64,000 nt of DNA from Sporopachydermia quercuum. Taxonomy: Eukaryota. The notes under the pieces were generated by a model that did no database searches, was not told where the DNA came from, and was given only the letters and a program-made list of their open reading frames with translations. The translations under genes and the position numbers were made by a program. Shown one piece after another: positions 22,844 through 33,135 of this stretch (positions are counted from its first letter, which is position 1; the number at the start of each line of letters is the position of its first letter). The DNA is taken from contig BCGN01000008.1 of assembly GCA_001599295.1 (NCBI GenBank), positions 1 through 64,000 on the forward strand. The letters are read 5' to 3'.

Positions 22844-23063
22844 GTATGTTTGATGCTTTGAAGAAGAGTGAATTAAGGAAAATAATGATTGATTCAATTC
22901 TCCATTATGATGACAAGAGTGCATTTGGCTCGAGACGTGATGTCGGTGTGGAAAAAACCAAGCTACCTTATATTTTTTTGTCTGAAAGTTTTATGATTTA
23001 ATCGAAGTACTCCTTAGTCCTCTTACGCTATTGTCCGAAGACTTCGTTCTAACCATCTGATAG
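22844..23063 (+). other. Spliceosomal intron of a probable non-coding snoRNA host transcript
   Basis: GTATGT donor 22844, TTCTAAC branch 23047-23053 and TAG 23061-23063 enclose the snoRNA; TATAAAA at 22671; no substantial ORF in the flanking exons. Confidence 0.7.
22902..22988 (+). ncRNA. SNR13: Box C/D snoRNA snR13 homologue (25S rRNA Am2280/2281 region guide)
   Basis: C box ATGATGA 22907-22913 and D box CTGA 22982-22985. The internal GAGTGCATTTGGCTCGAG and CGGTGTGGAAAAA..CAAGCTACCTT match S. cerevisiae snR13 as I recall it. GCATTTGGCT and GCTACCTTA are complementary to the conserved LSU sequence UAAGGUAGCCAAAUGC. Confidence 0.88.
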
Positions 23064-23519
23064 GTTCCAATTATCCAGTAGTATTAGCAGTAATTTGTTA
23101 TTATGTAGCCGAGTGCTGTTGTAGTATATCTATTAGTCATCAAATGAATTTTTTGCTTTTGTCTTATAACTATTCGTAGATTTTCTTCAGCTGTGGAAAT
23201 CATTCCTAAGTGAAGTGTACCTGCAAAGATGGCAAACTAAAGCCATTAAGTATTAAGTTAACACTTTTTATTGTCAACTAATATAATATCCTTAGACAAA
23301 TGCTTTCCCAGTCATCCGTCCTATTGCGTCTCCTTTGAAGCAGTACAAGAAAAAAACTTGCAATGGATATAAGAAATCACATCAGCAATTTGCCTTTTAG
23401 AAACTAAATGGCTTCTCATATTACTTCTCACGGAGGCTCTCACATTTCATTACGGGGGTGATTATATAGTGCACTTAACACAGATACAATTATACTGTTG
23501 TAATAAATGTAAATTCAAC

Positions 23520-24872
23520 ATGGTGCAAGTTTTGCTTTTACTAGCCCAAAGGCATGAAAGCTTTCGTATGGCAGAGCTTGAATCATTGAGTGAGTATCAT
23601 GGCCTTAATATAGATTTTTCATCTCACGACAAGACGGTAAGTTTATCAAACCTTTGAGATAATTATTAGAACACTTCATGTTAGCTAACACTTAGTTAGA
23701 GTCCGTTTCTGAAAATTGAAGTCGAAAAGCTTGAAGATGCACAGCTATTGATATCGCGATCGGTACTTACAAGAGCTGCTTATGAACTTTGGGCTGAAGC
23801 TGACTCTTATGATGAACTACACCAAAAACTGAAATCAATACCTGAAGTTTGGAGAAGATATAAGTCAAGTGATATATCATTCAAATTCGAAGTTCTTGGC
23901 TTCCAAGGATCTCGAACGAAAGAAGAGCAACTTGAGATAATAGAGTCATTTTCTTACTTGGACTTTCAAGGACCTATAAGAATGAAGAATGCTGATCATA
24001 CCTTTTCACTTCTAGAAAATTACGAATTTAAATGTGACTTTAGTACAACTCTTACTCACATATTCTTTGGACGCTTTATTTCGGAATCGGGACGATCGGC
24101 GATTGATAAATATGACTTGAAACGTCGTCGTTATATAGGTACTACATCATTTGAAGCAGAATTGGCTCTTGTAACGTGCAACATAGGGCTCACTGGTCCA
24201 ACTCGTTTGATGTATGATCCATTTGCTGGAACAGGTAGTTTCCTTATTGCTGGAGGTCATTTGGGATCATTAACGATGGGTTCAGATATTGATCCCCGAA
24301 TGGTAAGAGGAAAAGGCAAAGCAACTATTTCAAGTAATTTCACGCAATATGGTATGCCAGAAAAGTTCTTGGATGTTTTGACAATGGATTTTACCCATGC
24401 AGCTTTTCGAGATGATTTCAAGTTTGATGCCATTGTGTGCGATCCACCTTATGGAGTACGAGAAGGATTAAAAGTTTTGGGAACAAAGAATCCTGAAAGG
24501 TTTGTTGGGAAAGAAGATGTTGTCCTAGAAGGAGAGAAAGCATATCTACGAAGAGATTACATAGCACCGAAAAAACCTTACGAACTGGGTGCATTGTTGG
24601 ATGATTTATTGGAATTTGCTGCTCAAAAGCTATTTGTTGGATGCAGATTATGCTTTTGGATGCCTACAGCTAATGATGATTTCACGGCTACCGATATTCC
24701 AAAACATAGGAATCTTGAGCTACTGTATGAATGTGATCAAGAATTCAACAAATGGTCAAGGAGGTTACTGGTTTATGTTCGAAGAGAAGCTGAATGGCAG
24801 GGAGAAGATGTGAAAGCAGATGGGAAAAAGAATTCTAACTTCAGAACAAAATATTTTCGTAAGTTCACTTGA
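23520..24872 (+). CDS. TRM11: tRNA (guanine-10-N2)-methyltransferase Trm11; exons 23520-23636, 23700-24872
   Basis: AQRHESFRMAELESL..|SPFL; YIGTTSFEAEL, MYDPFAGTGS, CDPPYGVREG; intron GTAAGT..GCTAAC..TAG. Confidence 0.94.
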
Positions 24873-25122
24873 ACTAAAGAGCAAAACAAGAAGCTTCGCA
24901 AATTTACAAAGGATAATAATGCCTCAATGTACTTATAACTGCAAATATGTGACCTGTAGGAATATTTATCACTTTATACAATTAACTAAAATCTTTCATA
25001 TAAATTTAAACAATAATATATTTCAATTACTTCCCTCAATCAAACGATTGAACCTACCCAAGCCAAACCAACCCTGCCGTGAATCCAAACAATATACCAT
25101 AACTATTAATGGCTACATTTCA

Positions 25123-25934
25123 TTAACAACTGCACATATTGTAATAGCTTTGAGACTCATTGCTATTTTTCTTCAAATCAATTACAACTGTATTATCATT
25201 GTTTCTATTCTTTTCAAGTATTCCTGCACCAACCACATTCTGCACCAAGTGGAAAAACAAATGATTGATGTCATTAGTATTTTTAGCAGTGACTTCATAA
25301 AACCCCGCAATGTTAATTTTCCTTTTCTCTAACTCAGCGCGATAATTTTCAATCATTTCTGGGGTTACTTGTCGTTCATCTGTCTTATCTCGCTTACTTC
25401 CAACAATAAATCTGACAGAATTATCTTGAGGACAATGGAGAAGACTTTCATTTAGCCAATAATCGACATCTTTAAACGATTCTGTATTACAAAGATCATA
25501 GACTAATAGAATTCCTTGCGCTTTGTTGTAAACTGATGATGTTACTGTCCTATATCTTTCCTGACCTGCCGTATCCTATATCGATGTTAGTATAATGATT
25601 TAACTGCCTAGGGAGAATTGAACATCGTTAAGCATACGTACCCAAAGGACTGTTTTGTATGTATTGCCATTTATATTGATCTTTTTCACTCTCAAATCTA
25701 CACCTATCGTTGAACGTGTGCTCCCTTCATCAAAAATATTGTCACAATACTTCAGTAACAATGCTGATTTCCCCACACCAGCAGCTCCTAAAACGTTACT
25801 TGTGTTAGTCAGAATCCTAAAATCCAAAACATCAATTATACTATATCGTTACTCAAAAGACGAAGTAAAGGACGCAACGTACCTATCACCAACAATTTCA
25901 CCGTCTGAACATCCTGTTTAGAATCCAATGACAT
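25123..25934 (-). CDS. Divergent Rab-family GTPase (Rab18-like); exons 25934-25883, 25787-25642, 25575-25123
   Basis: Spliced: [68 protein letters not shown]..CSC (CXC prenylation site). Both introns are GTACGT..CTAAC..TAG. Confidence 0.85.
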
Positions 25935-26691
25935 TGTTGTGGCTCATAAGAATATGAAAACTATGGTTTGAACTTCCTGAGTGCACTGATAAAAGCAAAC
26001 TTCTTTATATAGAATATATCTTCTCAATATACTGCTCTTGATGAATATTTTTCTTATTGTTCCACCATACAAGATATTCAATATACTATCGTATAACTGA
26101 GTAATGTTGAACTGTCGATTGGTGTCAATATTCGCCTCCCTGAATCGACAATTGCATTGAAAGTTCTAGCAATAGTAACTCTTTAATTCAATCAAGATCT
26201 TCAATGTGTATACTTCTGTACCCTTTCAATTTCCTCGTTTCATGAGCAACAGCTACAACTTGAATGGATAGAGAATGTTGACTAATTAGTGTAATGGATA
26301 CAATTTTTAATGATTTCACAGTAAATGACCAACTTGTGTGTTGATGTGATGACTTTGCTGCAGTATTGAAATCGTGACCTAATCAATATTCGTGTTTATG
26401 AATCCAACCAAACAAAAATAAAAATTCCTGAACGTTTATCAGAAGTAAATAAGAATTGTCTGTGACACAATCATTCCTTATCGCATAGACAGTTAACTTC
26501 ATAGTCTTGTTATCTATTAGCATTGTCACTCCTCAATAACTAAAGTTTGTGTCCTTTGCCTCGTTATAGTTTGACCTATGTAAGAATTTAATGATTATGC
26601 TATCCATACTAAAATGATAGTACTTGGTGGGTGATACTTGAGATAATCCTCTGAGCATGATGAGCTTGACGAAAACTTTAAATATCGCTAA

Positions 26692-26752
26692 CCCCGCCAT
26701 TTTCGGCCCGAAATGTAGGATTCTGTTGTTTGAGGCTAACCTTCTCCCTCGG
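26692..26752. promoter_or_regulatory. Candidate CreA/Mig1 site (CCCCGC), TTTCGG-C-CCGAAA inverted repeat and FarA/Ctf1-type CCTCGG site upstream of the hydroxyacyl-CoA dehydrogenase
   Basis: CCCCGC 26692, TTTCGGCCCGAAA 26701-26713, CCTCGG 26747-26752; 330-390 bp upstream of the ATG. Confidence 0.45.
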
Positions 26753-27081
26753 TTTTGATGCCCTCCCTTTTTCTATTTCATTAAGATATAGAACATCGGG
26801 AATTAAGAACATTTCGTTTTGATTTTGTTCAATTCAAGCTGAAAATCATCGTTGCTTGTTGGTGTGTCTTCATGAAATAGCTGATAACCTCTTGATCCAA
26901 GCGTGTGCTATTTGTTTCCAGTCAATTCTTACTCTCAATTTATTTACATTTCATTGGACAGAGTGTTTGTTTGATCTGTTCAACAGAAAGAGCCTGAATA
27001 AATTCAATCTATGTTATTAGTTCTGTGAAAGCGAAACCTAAGATTACTTCTTCAATTAATTGCAATTAAAAGCTNCTGAAA

Positions 27082-28002
27082 ATGATTGGTCTCCGAACAT
27101 TCAATAGAAGAATGTTCTCAACATCATCAGTACTTAGCGATATCATTAAGCTTACCGTTCTAGGAGCAGGTCAGATGGGATTGGGTATAGCATTGACAGC
27201 TGCAAACAAAGCAGGTGTTGAGGTTGATGTTTTTGATAACTCTGAAGCATCTTTGACTAATGGGTTGAAGTTCATGGATAAACTCCTAGCAAAAGATGTT
27301 GATAAGGGTAGAATAACTGCTGAACATGCTGATAAAGTAAAAGGGCTGGTCAAAATATCACAATCATTAGAAACTTCTGTTTCAACATCTGACATTTTGA
27401 TTGAAGCAGTTCCAGAAATTCCTCAATTGAAGTTCGACATTTTCACTCAATTGGGTGAACTCAATAAGCAAAGCGGTAGGAATACAATTCTGGCGACAAA
27501 TACCTCATCTATTTCTATTACCAAAATAGCCTCATTCGCTAAAGGTTCTGAACATCGTGTTCTATCAGCTCATTTTATGAACCCTGTACCAGTTCAGAAG
27601 GGCGTAGAAATTATTACTGGTTTGCAAACCTCTCCTGAGACTTTAGCTGATACTTTGGAATTTGTCAAGAGAATGGGAAAGATACCTTCAATTTCTAAGG
27701 ATAGCCCAGGATTTCTTGCAAACAGAATCCTTCTCCCGTATATTAATGAAGCCATTATTTGTTTAGAAACTGGCGTTGGTACCAAAGAGGATATTGATAA
27801 TATTATGAAGAATGGTTGTGCTATGCCAATGGGACCTTTAGCTCTAGCTGACTTCATAGGATTGGATACCTGTTTGGCTATCATGAAGGTCTTGCATTCT
27901 GATACTGGTGATTCCAAGTATAGACCTTCAATTCTTTTACAGAAGATGGTAGACGCTGGATATTCAGGAAAGAAATCAGGAAAAGGATTTTATGAGTATT
28001 AA
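27082..28002 (+). CDS. Mitochondrial 3-hydroxybutyryl/3-hydroxyacyl-CoA dehydrogenase
   Basis: Arg/Ser-rich presequence (MIGLRTFNRRMFSTSS), GAGQMGLGIA, IEAVPE, ATNTSSISI, HFMNPVPV, PGFLANR, PMGPLALADFIGLD, GKKSGKGFYEY. Confidence 0.92.
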   Translation: MIGLRTFNRRMFSTSSVLSDIIKLTVLGAGQMGLGIALTAANKAGVEVDVFDNSEASLTNGLKFMDKLLAKDVDKGRITAEHADKVKGLVKISQSLETSVSTSDILIEAVPEIPQLKFDIFTQLGELNKQSGRNTILATNTSSISITKIASFAKGSEHRVLSAHFMNPVPVQKGVEIITGLQTSPETLADTLEFVKRMGKIPSISKDSPGFLANRILLPYINEAIICLETGVGTKEDIDNIMKNGCAMPMGPLALADFIGLDTCLAIMKVLHSDTGDSKYRPSILLQKMVDAGYSGKKSGKGFYEY

Positions 28003-28189
28003 ATGATATTGATTATAGGTAAATAGAAGCACGTTTACATTCCATACGAGCAGCAAAAGATAAAATGACAATCATTGGGAACTTGATGGTCGTAAATCAA
28101 ACTGAATAATTAATTCGGTACTACATTCATAAATCAATAGATATTAATTAATAAAAAGAAATCATGTATCAATTAGTTTTAAACATAAT

Positions 28190-29132
28190 TTACTCTTCTC
28201 TTTCTTGTTCAAGAGTTTGAGCAGCAATACGATCTAAATCTCTTTGACCGTTTTCGGAGATTCTTCTACCCTTGTTAGCTTCTTCAACAATTCCAATCTT
28301 TTCCAAAGATTGTAAAACCTTTCTGTTAACAGATCCAGAAGCGTTTCTGTGATGTGAAGGTCTGAAACCACGGTTGATAGCACCACCATAAAGCTTGTTC
28401 AATTTACCGACACCCACGGATTTTCTCAAGTAGATGTGTCTAGCAATAGAAGCAGCACGCTTGTAGAACCAGAGTTCAGCTTCTTGGGGGGGAAGTTCGT
28501 TACCAGAAGAGGTCTTGACCAATTCAACGTAACCGGGAACTTCGAGCTTACCTTGTCTTTGCAAGAACAAAGCGTAAGCGTTAATAAAGCTCTGAGCAGG
28601 AACGTCTCTATAATTTTGTTAGAATAACCGAGTAGATAAGAATTAGAAGAGGTGAAGAGGTGAAGAGAAGTATTGTGAGCAGCTTTCAATAATATTGTAC
28701 TTTCATTTGCGACTGACATGCTATTGAATATCCAAATAAGAGAGCTTCCTTGCTGCATTAAGCTTTCTGTAACAATACTAACCATNTTGACTTCGTAATC
28801 TACAGACGCTTGTCGACATACGTACTGGTGCGAGTGACACGTCTCTCGTTTTACTTTGCTTTTCTTAAGCTGTATCCTTATCCTGTCGTTACAGTTCCTT
28901 GACAAAAAAACAACCAATGATCATGGCTGTTTATTGGCAATTAGAATTATTTTGCTCGAATTAAAATGCTCATATCAATTCAAGAATTGTTGCTATTGTG
29001 CTCTCAAGTCGATTATTACATATATTTATGCNCCTCCATCCTCACCAACCATCACTAAATCACCACGGAACGATCTCTTCTCCCAATCTTGCTGATTTCC
29101 TTTTGAACATACCTAACGGAAACACCAACCAT
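28190..29132 (-). CDS. RPS19: 40S ribosomal protein S19 (eS19); exons 29132-29113, 28607-28190
   Basis: MVGVSVR|DVPAQSFINAYALFLQRQGKLEVPGYV...; 505-nt intron GTATGT..TTCTAAC..TAG. Confidence 0.97.
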
Positions 29133-29942
29133 CTTGAATGTGCTATATGTGTAATTAGATGTGTGATGATCTACTCTGAACAAATTCTTGGCAATTGTTC
29201 ATAGGTGAATGATCTACAGTTAATATGTCAAGGCAGATAAAGTGAAATATCTATCGTTAAAGCAAACCTCGTCTGGTGTAGTCTGAGTATCTGCTGGAGT
29301 TTGCGTCGCATTCCTACCCGTCCAACACACTGTGAGTCATCCTTCTATTAATCCTTCTTTTGGGCGGAGTCTTTGAACTTTAAAATGCCTAAAATTACTG
29401 CGTAAAATAGTACNCTATGTATTTATCAGTACTCATCAAACCTAAAAACGTGACGTTTTAAAATACTATAGTCACGTGGATTCTATAAGGGTAATGAAGC
29501 CAAAGTATCGTCAGCCTTTATATAGGGGGTTAATAATAAAAGAGGAAATTGTGATAAGGGGATAAGACTATCTCTATACAAATCAGACACAAGCAAACAT
29601 TAATGGAGTTTTGTCTTTTGTAGATGATCTGTGAACAATCTATATAGTGGTACTTCTTGGAGACTATCTAACTATCTGTTACTCCATTTGCTTTATATAT
29701 CTTTTTGTTTTACTCAGCATGACAGAAATACACTAAGAAATCAATGAAACAAACTATTGGAAGACGCCCTTAGATAACCCACTCATAATTTAATTCATTG
29801 TATTGTCAACGGGGAGTAGAGTTTTGAAGAAACTATATGTGACATTTTTTATTAAAATATAGAATTTAATTTATAAAACGTTGTCAAATCTGTTATTGGC
29901 ATACAGAGTGCCTTGGTTAGTTGGTATAATTTTGATGCCTAA

Positions 29943-31940
29943 ATGAGTGAAGGACCACTGGCTTCCCGATCTGGGATAGAACTGTTGGATCTTCCTGATG
30001 AGCTGTTAACCAAGATCGTTGAAAATCTTGAGATTGGACATGACCAAAATGCGAACAAGGGATTTCAGAGTGACATAAGGAATTTATCACTAACTTGTAG
30101 GAAATTGAGACTTCTATGTCTGAGGCCATTGTTTAAGATTATTCGTGTATTGGAAAGTTCTACAANCATTCACCCCTATGCCCATGATGGTCATGAAAAT
30201 GTTACTACAGTATCAAATCCCAGTAGTTCAAATGTTTCTATTGATTCAGAAAATAGAGGCAGTTATCAATATCTCGATGAACTCCACTACCACCAAGACG
30301 AAGCATGTAGTATGGAGTTTGACTTGGCAGATAACAGTTCTGATGTACCTATTGACGATCTCGTGAATGGATTAGAGCAGATAGAAAACAGACCAATCCC
30401 AAATATCACCAAATTTGTTGCAACCATTGAAACGAGTATATTTATTCAGCGGCAAACTGGAAAACAAAGATCTAAGTCGCATCTTGCGGATGAATATCAG
30501 NACCCGTACGATAATTGCAGCGTCAATATGCTCCGTTTNACAGAGAAATTGATCATTCAAAGAGTTGATGGTGAATTGTTGCTTTTGCTGAAGGATAACG
30601 CCCCGAAGTTGTATTTCTTATCTGTTGATGATCCATCTNTGGCAGATGATTCTTTTCAACTCTTCACCGAATTGTCTTTGGTGACACCTGATATATCCAA
30701 TTTGTTGTCTAACATCCGAAGATTAGAGATCAAGTGTAGTGAAAGGAGAATATTGACTACAGCAATGTTTTTCTTGAACTTGTCCAAAAATATTCGCCAT
30801 TTGGACTTATTTTTTACTCATACCGAGTTTCCTTCTAATTTTTTTCAGAANCTTTTGATTTGTGATCATAACAGAATGAATGAGGCTCACCCACAGTTTA
30901 TTTTCAATAAACAATCATTTAATCAGATTGAAACATTGGGCCTAATGTGCTCCAGAAAATCATTTGTAAACCTTTTCGGGTTTTTCTGTGAGGTGCTTAG
31001 TTATTTTGACTTCAGTAATTTGGTTAACTTATCGGTTCATAAAAGCACTAAAGACTTTGATAAGGTGTCATATTATGAGGTATATAATTATTTGGTTGAT
31101 CTGAACTATTTCTTAAGAACTCTCAGAAACAAGTTAAAGTTAAGATTCTTGCAATTAGATTGGGATACCATATTTAAGTCTGAGCTCACTTCTAGTACAA
31201 CCATCAGAAATGTGGAAGTTCTACAAATAATCGAGTATGCAGCATTCTGTCCATTCACTAATTTAGTATCAACCAGCTTAGCAGCCTTTCTTGAATCGAT
31301 CACATCGCTCAGTATGGTTTCTCTTATATATGGAGCTCAAACTGTTAGAACCCAGCACAGTCTTGTTATTCAGAATATGAAATCTCTTCTTGAAACAGTA
31401 GATGTATCAAAAGTACCATTGTTGAGATATGCCATGGTTGAACAAGGATGGAATGTCCTTGAAGAATGGTTCTTTAATCTCAATCAAGGTGTGAAATACC
31501 TGGAAACNGNAAGAGAAAGCGAAAATCCTAAAGTTTCAGAAGGGAGAGACTTCAAAAAGTTCTTTGAGCTATGGACTAAGTCTCCTCTGTCCTCAACACA
31601 TCGTGTAAGTAAGACAGGCACAAATGCGTTGAGTATCACATCATGTTGTTCTTCTATCCAACTCAAAGCAGTATGTAGTAGNTTTCAAGCATATCGAGTT
31701 CCTCAGATGTTTGAGCTTCGAAAATGTGAGTCATATGAAACCGGAGAAGTGTCAAGTATGTCCCCACATCCACAGCTTTCATCTAATTTGGGTCATCGAA
31801 TGGCTAATTCCAAGAAAGTTATTTTGAGTATGAGCCTTGAAGATTGCATAGAAAATGATGACTTCAGATACNGCAATCAATCTTGTTGGAACAATAGGTT
31901 GGGATGGTCATTTATCCTTACCGCTGATGAATTAATGTAA
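29943..31940 (+). CDS. F-box protein with degenerate LRR-like region (paralog 1)
   Basis: LLDLPDELLTKIVENL...IRNLSLTCRKLRLLCLRPLF; LxxLxL-type repeats (IRRLEI, IRHLDL, IETLGL, LVNLSV, LRFLQL). Confidence 0.75.
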   Translation: MSEGPLASRSGIELLDLPDELLTKIVENLEIGHDQNANKGFQSDIRNLSLTCRKLRLLCLRPLFKIIRVLESSTXIHPYAHDGHENVTTVSNPSSSNVSIDSENRGSYQYLDELHYHQDEACSMEFDLADNSSDVPIDDLVNGLEQIENRPIPNITKFVATIETSIFIQRQTGKQRSKSHLADEYQXPYDNCSVNMLRXTEKLIIQRVDGELLLLLKDNAPKLYFLSVDDPSXADDSFQLFTELSLVTPDISNLLSNIRRLEIKCSERRILTTAMFFLNLSKNIRHLDLFFTHTEFPSNFFQXLLICDHNRMNEAHPQFIFNKQSFNQIETLGLMCSRKSFVNLFGFFCEVLSYFDFSNLVNLSVHKSTKDFDKVSYYEVYNYLVDLNYFLRTLRNKLKLRFLQLDWDTIFKSELTSSTTIRNVEVLQIIEYAAFCPFTNLVSTSLAAFLESITSLSMVSLIYGAQTVRTQHSLVIQNMKSLLETVDVSKVPLLRYAMVEQGWNVLEEWFFNLNQGVKYLEXXRESENPKVSEGRDFKKFFELWTKSPLSSTHRVSKTGTNALSITSCCSSIQLKAVCSXFQAYRVPQMFELRKCESYETGEVSSMSPHPQLSSNLGHRMANSKKVILSMSLEDCIENDDFRYXNQSCWNNRLGWSFILTADELM

Positions 31941-33135
31941 TGATTACCGGTTTTTTTTTGTAACTTGTTAATTGATCAGTTCATATGGTATTTATGTGAA
32001 GCAAGAAAACTGAATTTCAAGATTATGGAAGAGAACTTCTGTGACTAGAAATGGGAAGTAAGTCACAATGATCTTGACATGTTGTTTTATAAGATAATCA
32101 CACCTTATATCCAACCATACAACAAGTACATTTCATCTTTTTCTCAATCAAAACTCTGACGATACAATAGTTTTCTACCGAATGAATAGAATTTTGACAC
32201 AACACAGCGACCCTGTTTCGCTACATATATAACCAATAATCTACTTCTTTCATCATTCTTTGAAAGTACACATATCCTTATATCAATATTTCTGTCGAAT
32301 CATCATTTCATCCTATAATAACTCAATACACATCTATATGTAAGATTGTCTTGTATCGATTTTAAGAACATCAGTGATATGAATAAATAAATAAAGCCAA
32401 ATTTAGTCACAGGAACTTTATATTATTTTGACTTTCACGTCCATTAATTTCAGCAAAAAGCAGAGTATAAAACCAACTTTCATTAAAATTCCTGGCGACA
32501 ATAACTTGAACATGTACAGAGACAGAGATTTGGCTAATGTATATCTACCTACCTACTGAGATATGCGTTATTTCCTTCTATACATAAGCTGGAGAAGTCT
32601 GGCTCAACTAACTCTTGATAGTTTTGACTCGCGAGCAAAACACAGAGAAAGCCACGTGATGCGATAAGGTTCTTACCCCAGATTTANCTAACTAATAATC
32701 TACAAAAGAATACTAATAAATTAAATAACCCTAGAATTCAATCGTTTTCAGAACCAGGAGAGNTTAGTTGGACTTATCTCGACATGATTATACTAGTTGA
32801 GAAAAAACTGTTAGAGATAAGGATAGAGAATAGGAAATAATAAAAGTCAGAAACTAGATATATGCGATTTGGTACACATCATTTCTTGATCACCGAAACA
32901 TTCTAACCAGATTTAATTAGCTTACACAGCTTTCTGGTAAGAGAGATTGTTGAAACTTTGAGTGTATGCAGTGTTCAGAGTTGAAAAAGTGGTTGCTCAA
33001 TAGGATCTAATCTATTGAATAACTATTCACAGTTTTAAGAATAAGACGAATCATCCTTGGGGAAATCACCATAAAAAGCCTAGATTTGAAATTCTGACTA
33101 ACAAACAGCTTCTTTATAGACAACTATTTGTTAAA

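Noticed and set aside
22992..23060. Second C/D snoRNA (ATGATTT...CTGA) after snR13
   Set aside because: Poor C box, no convincing rRNA guide, and the CTAAC/CTGATAG are better explained as the branch point and 3' splice site of the host intron.
24820..25332. 170-aa + strand ORF, and similar short ORFs (7248-7628, 9000-9407, 28426-28917, 45708-46112)
   Set aside because: They overlap real genes, introns or UTRs and show no protein motifs; likely shadow ORFs.
28608..29112. Intronic snoRNAs in the long RPS19, RPL18 and RPL31 introns
   Set aside because: No convincing C/D box pairs found by eye; an Infernal scan would be needed to exclude H/ACA RNAs.
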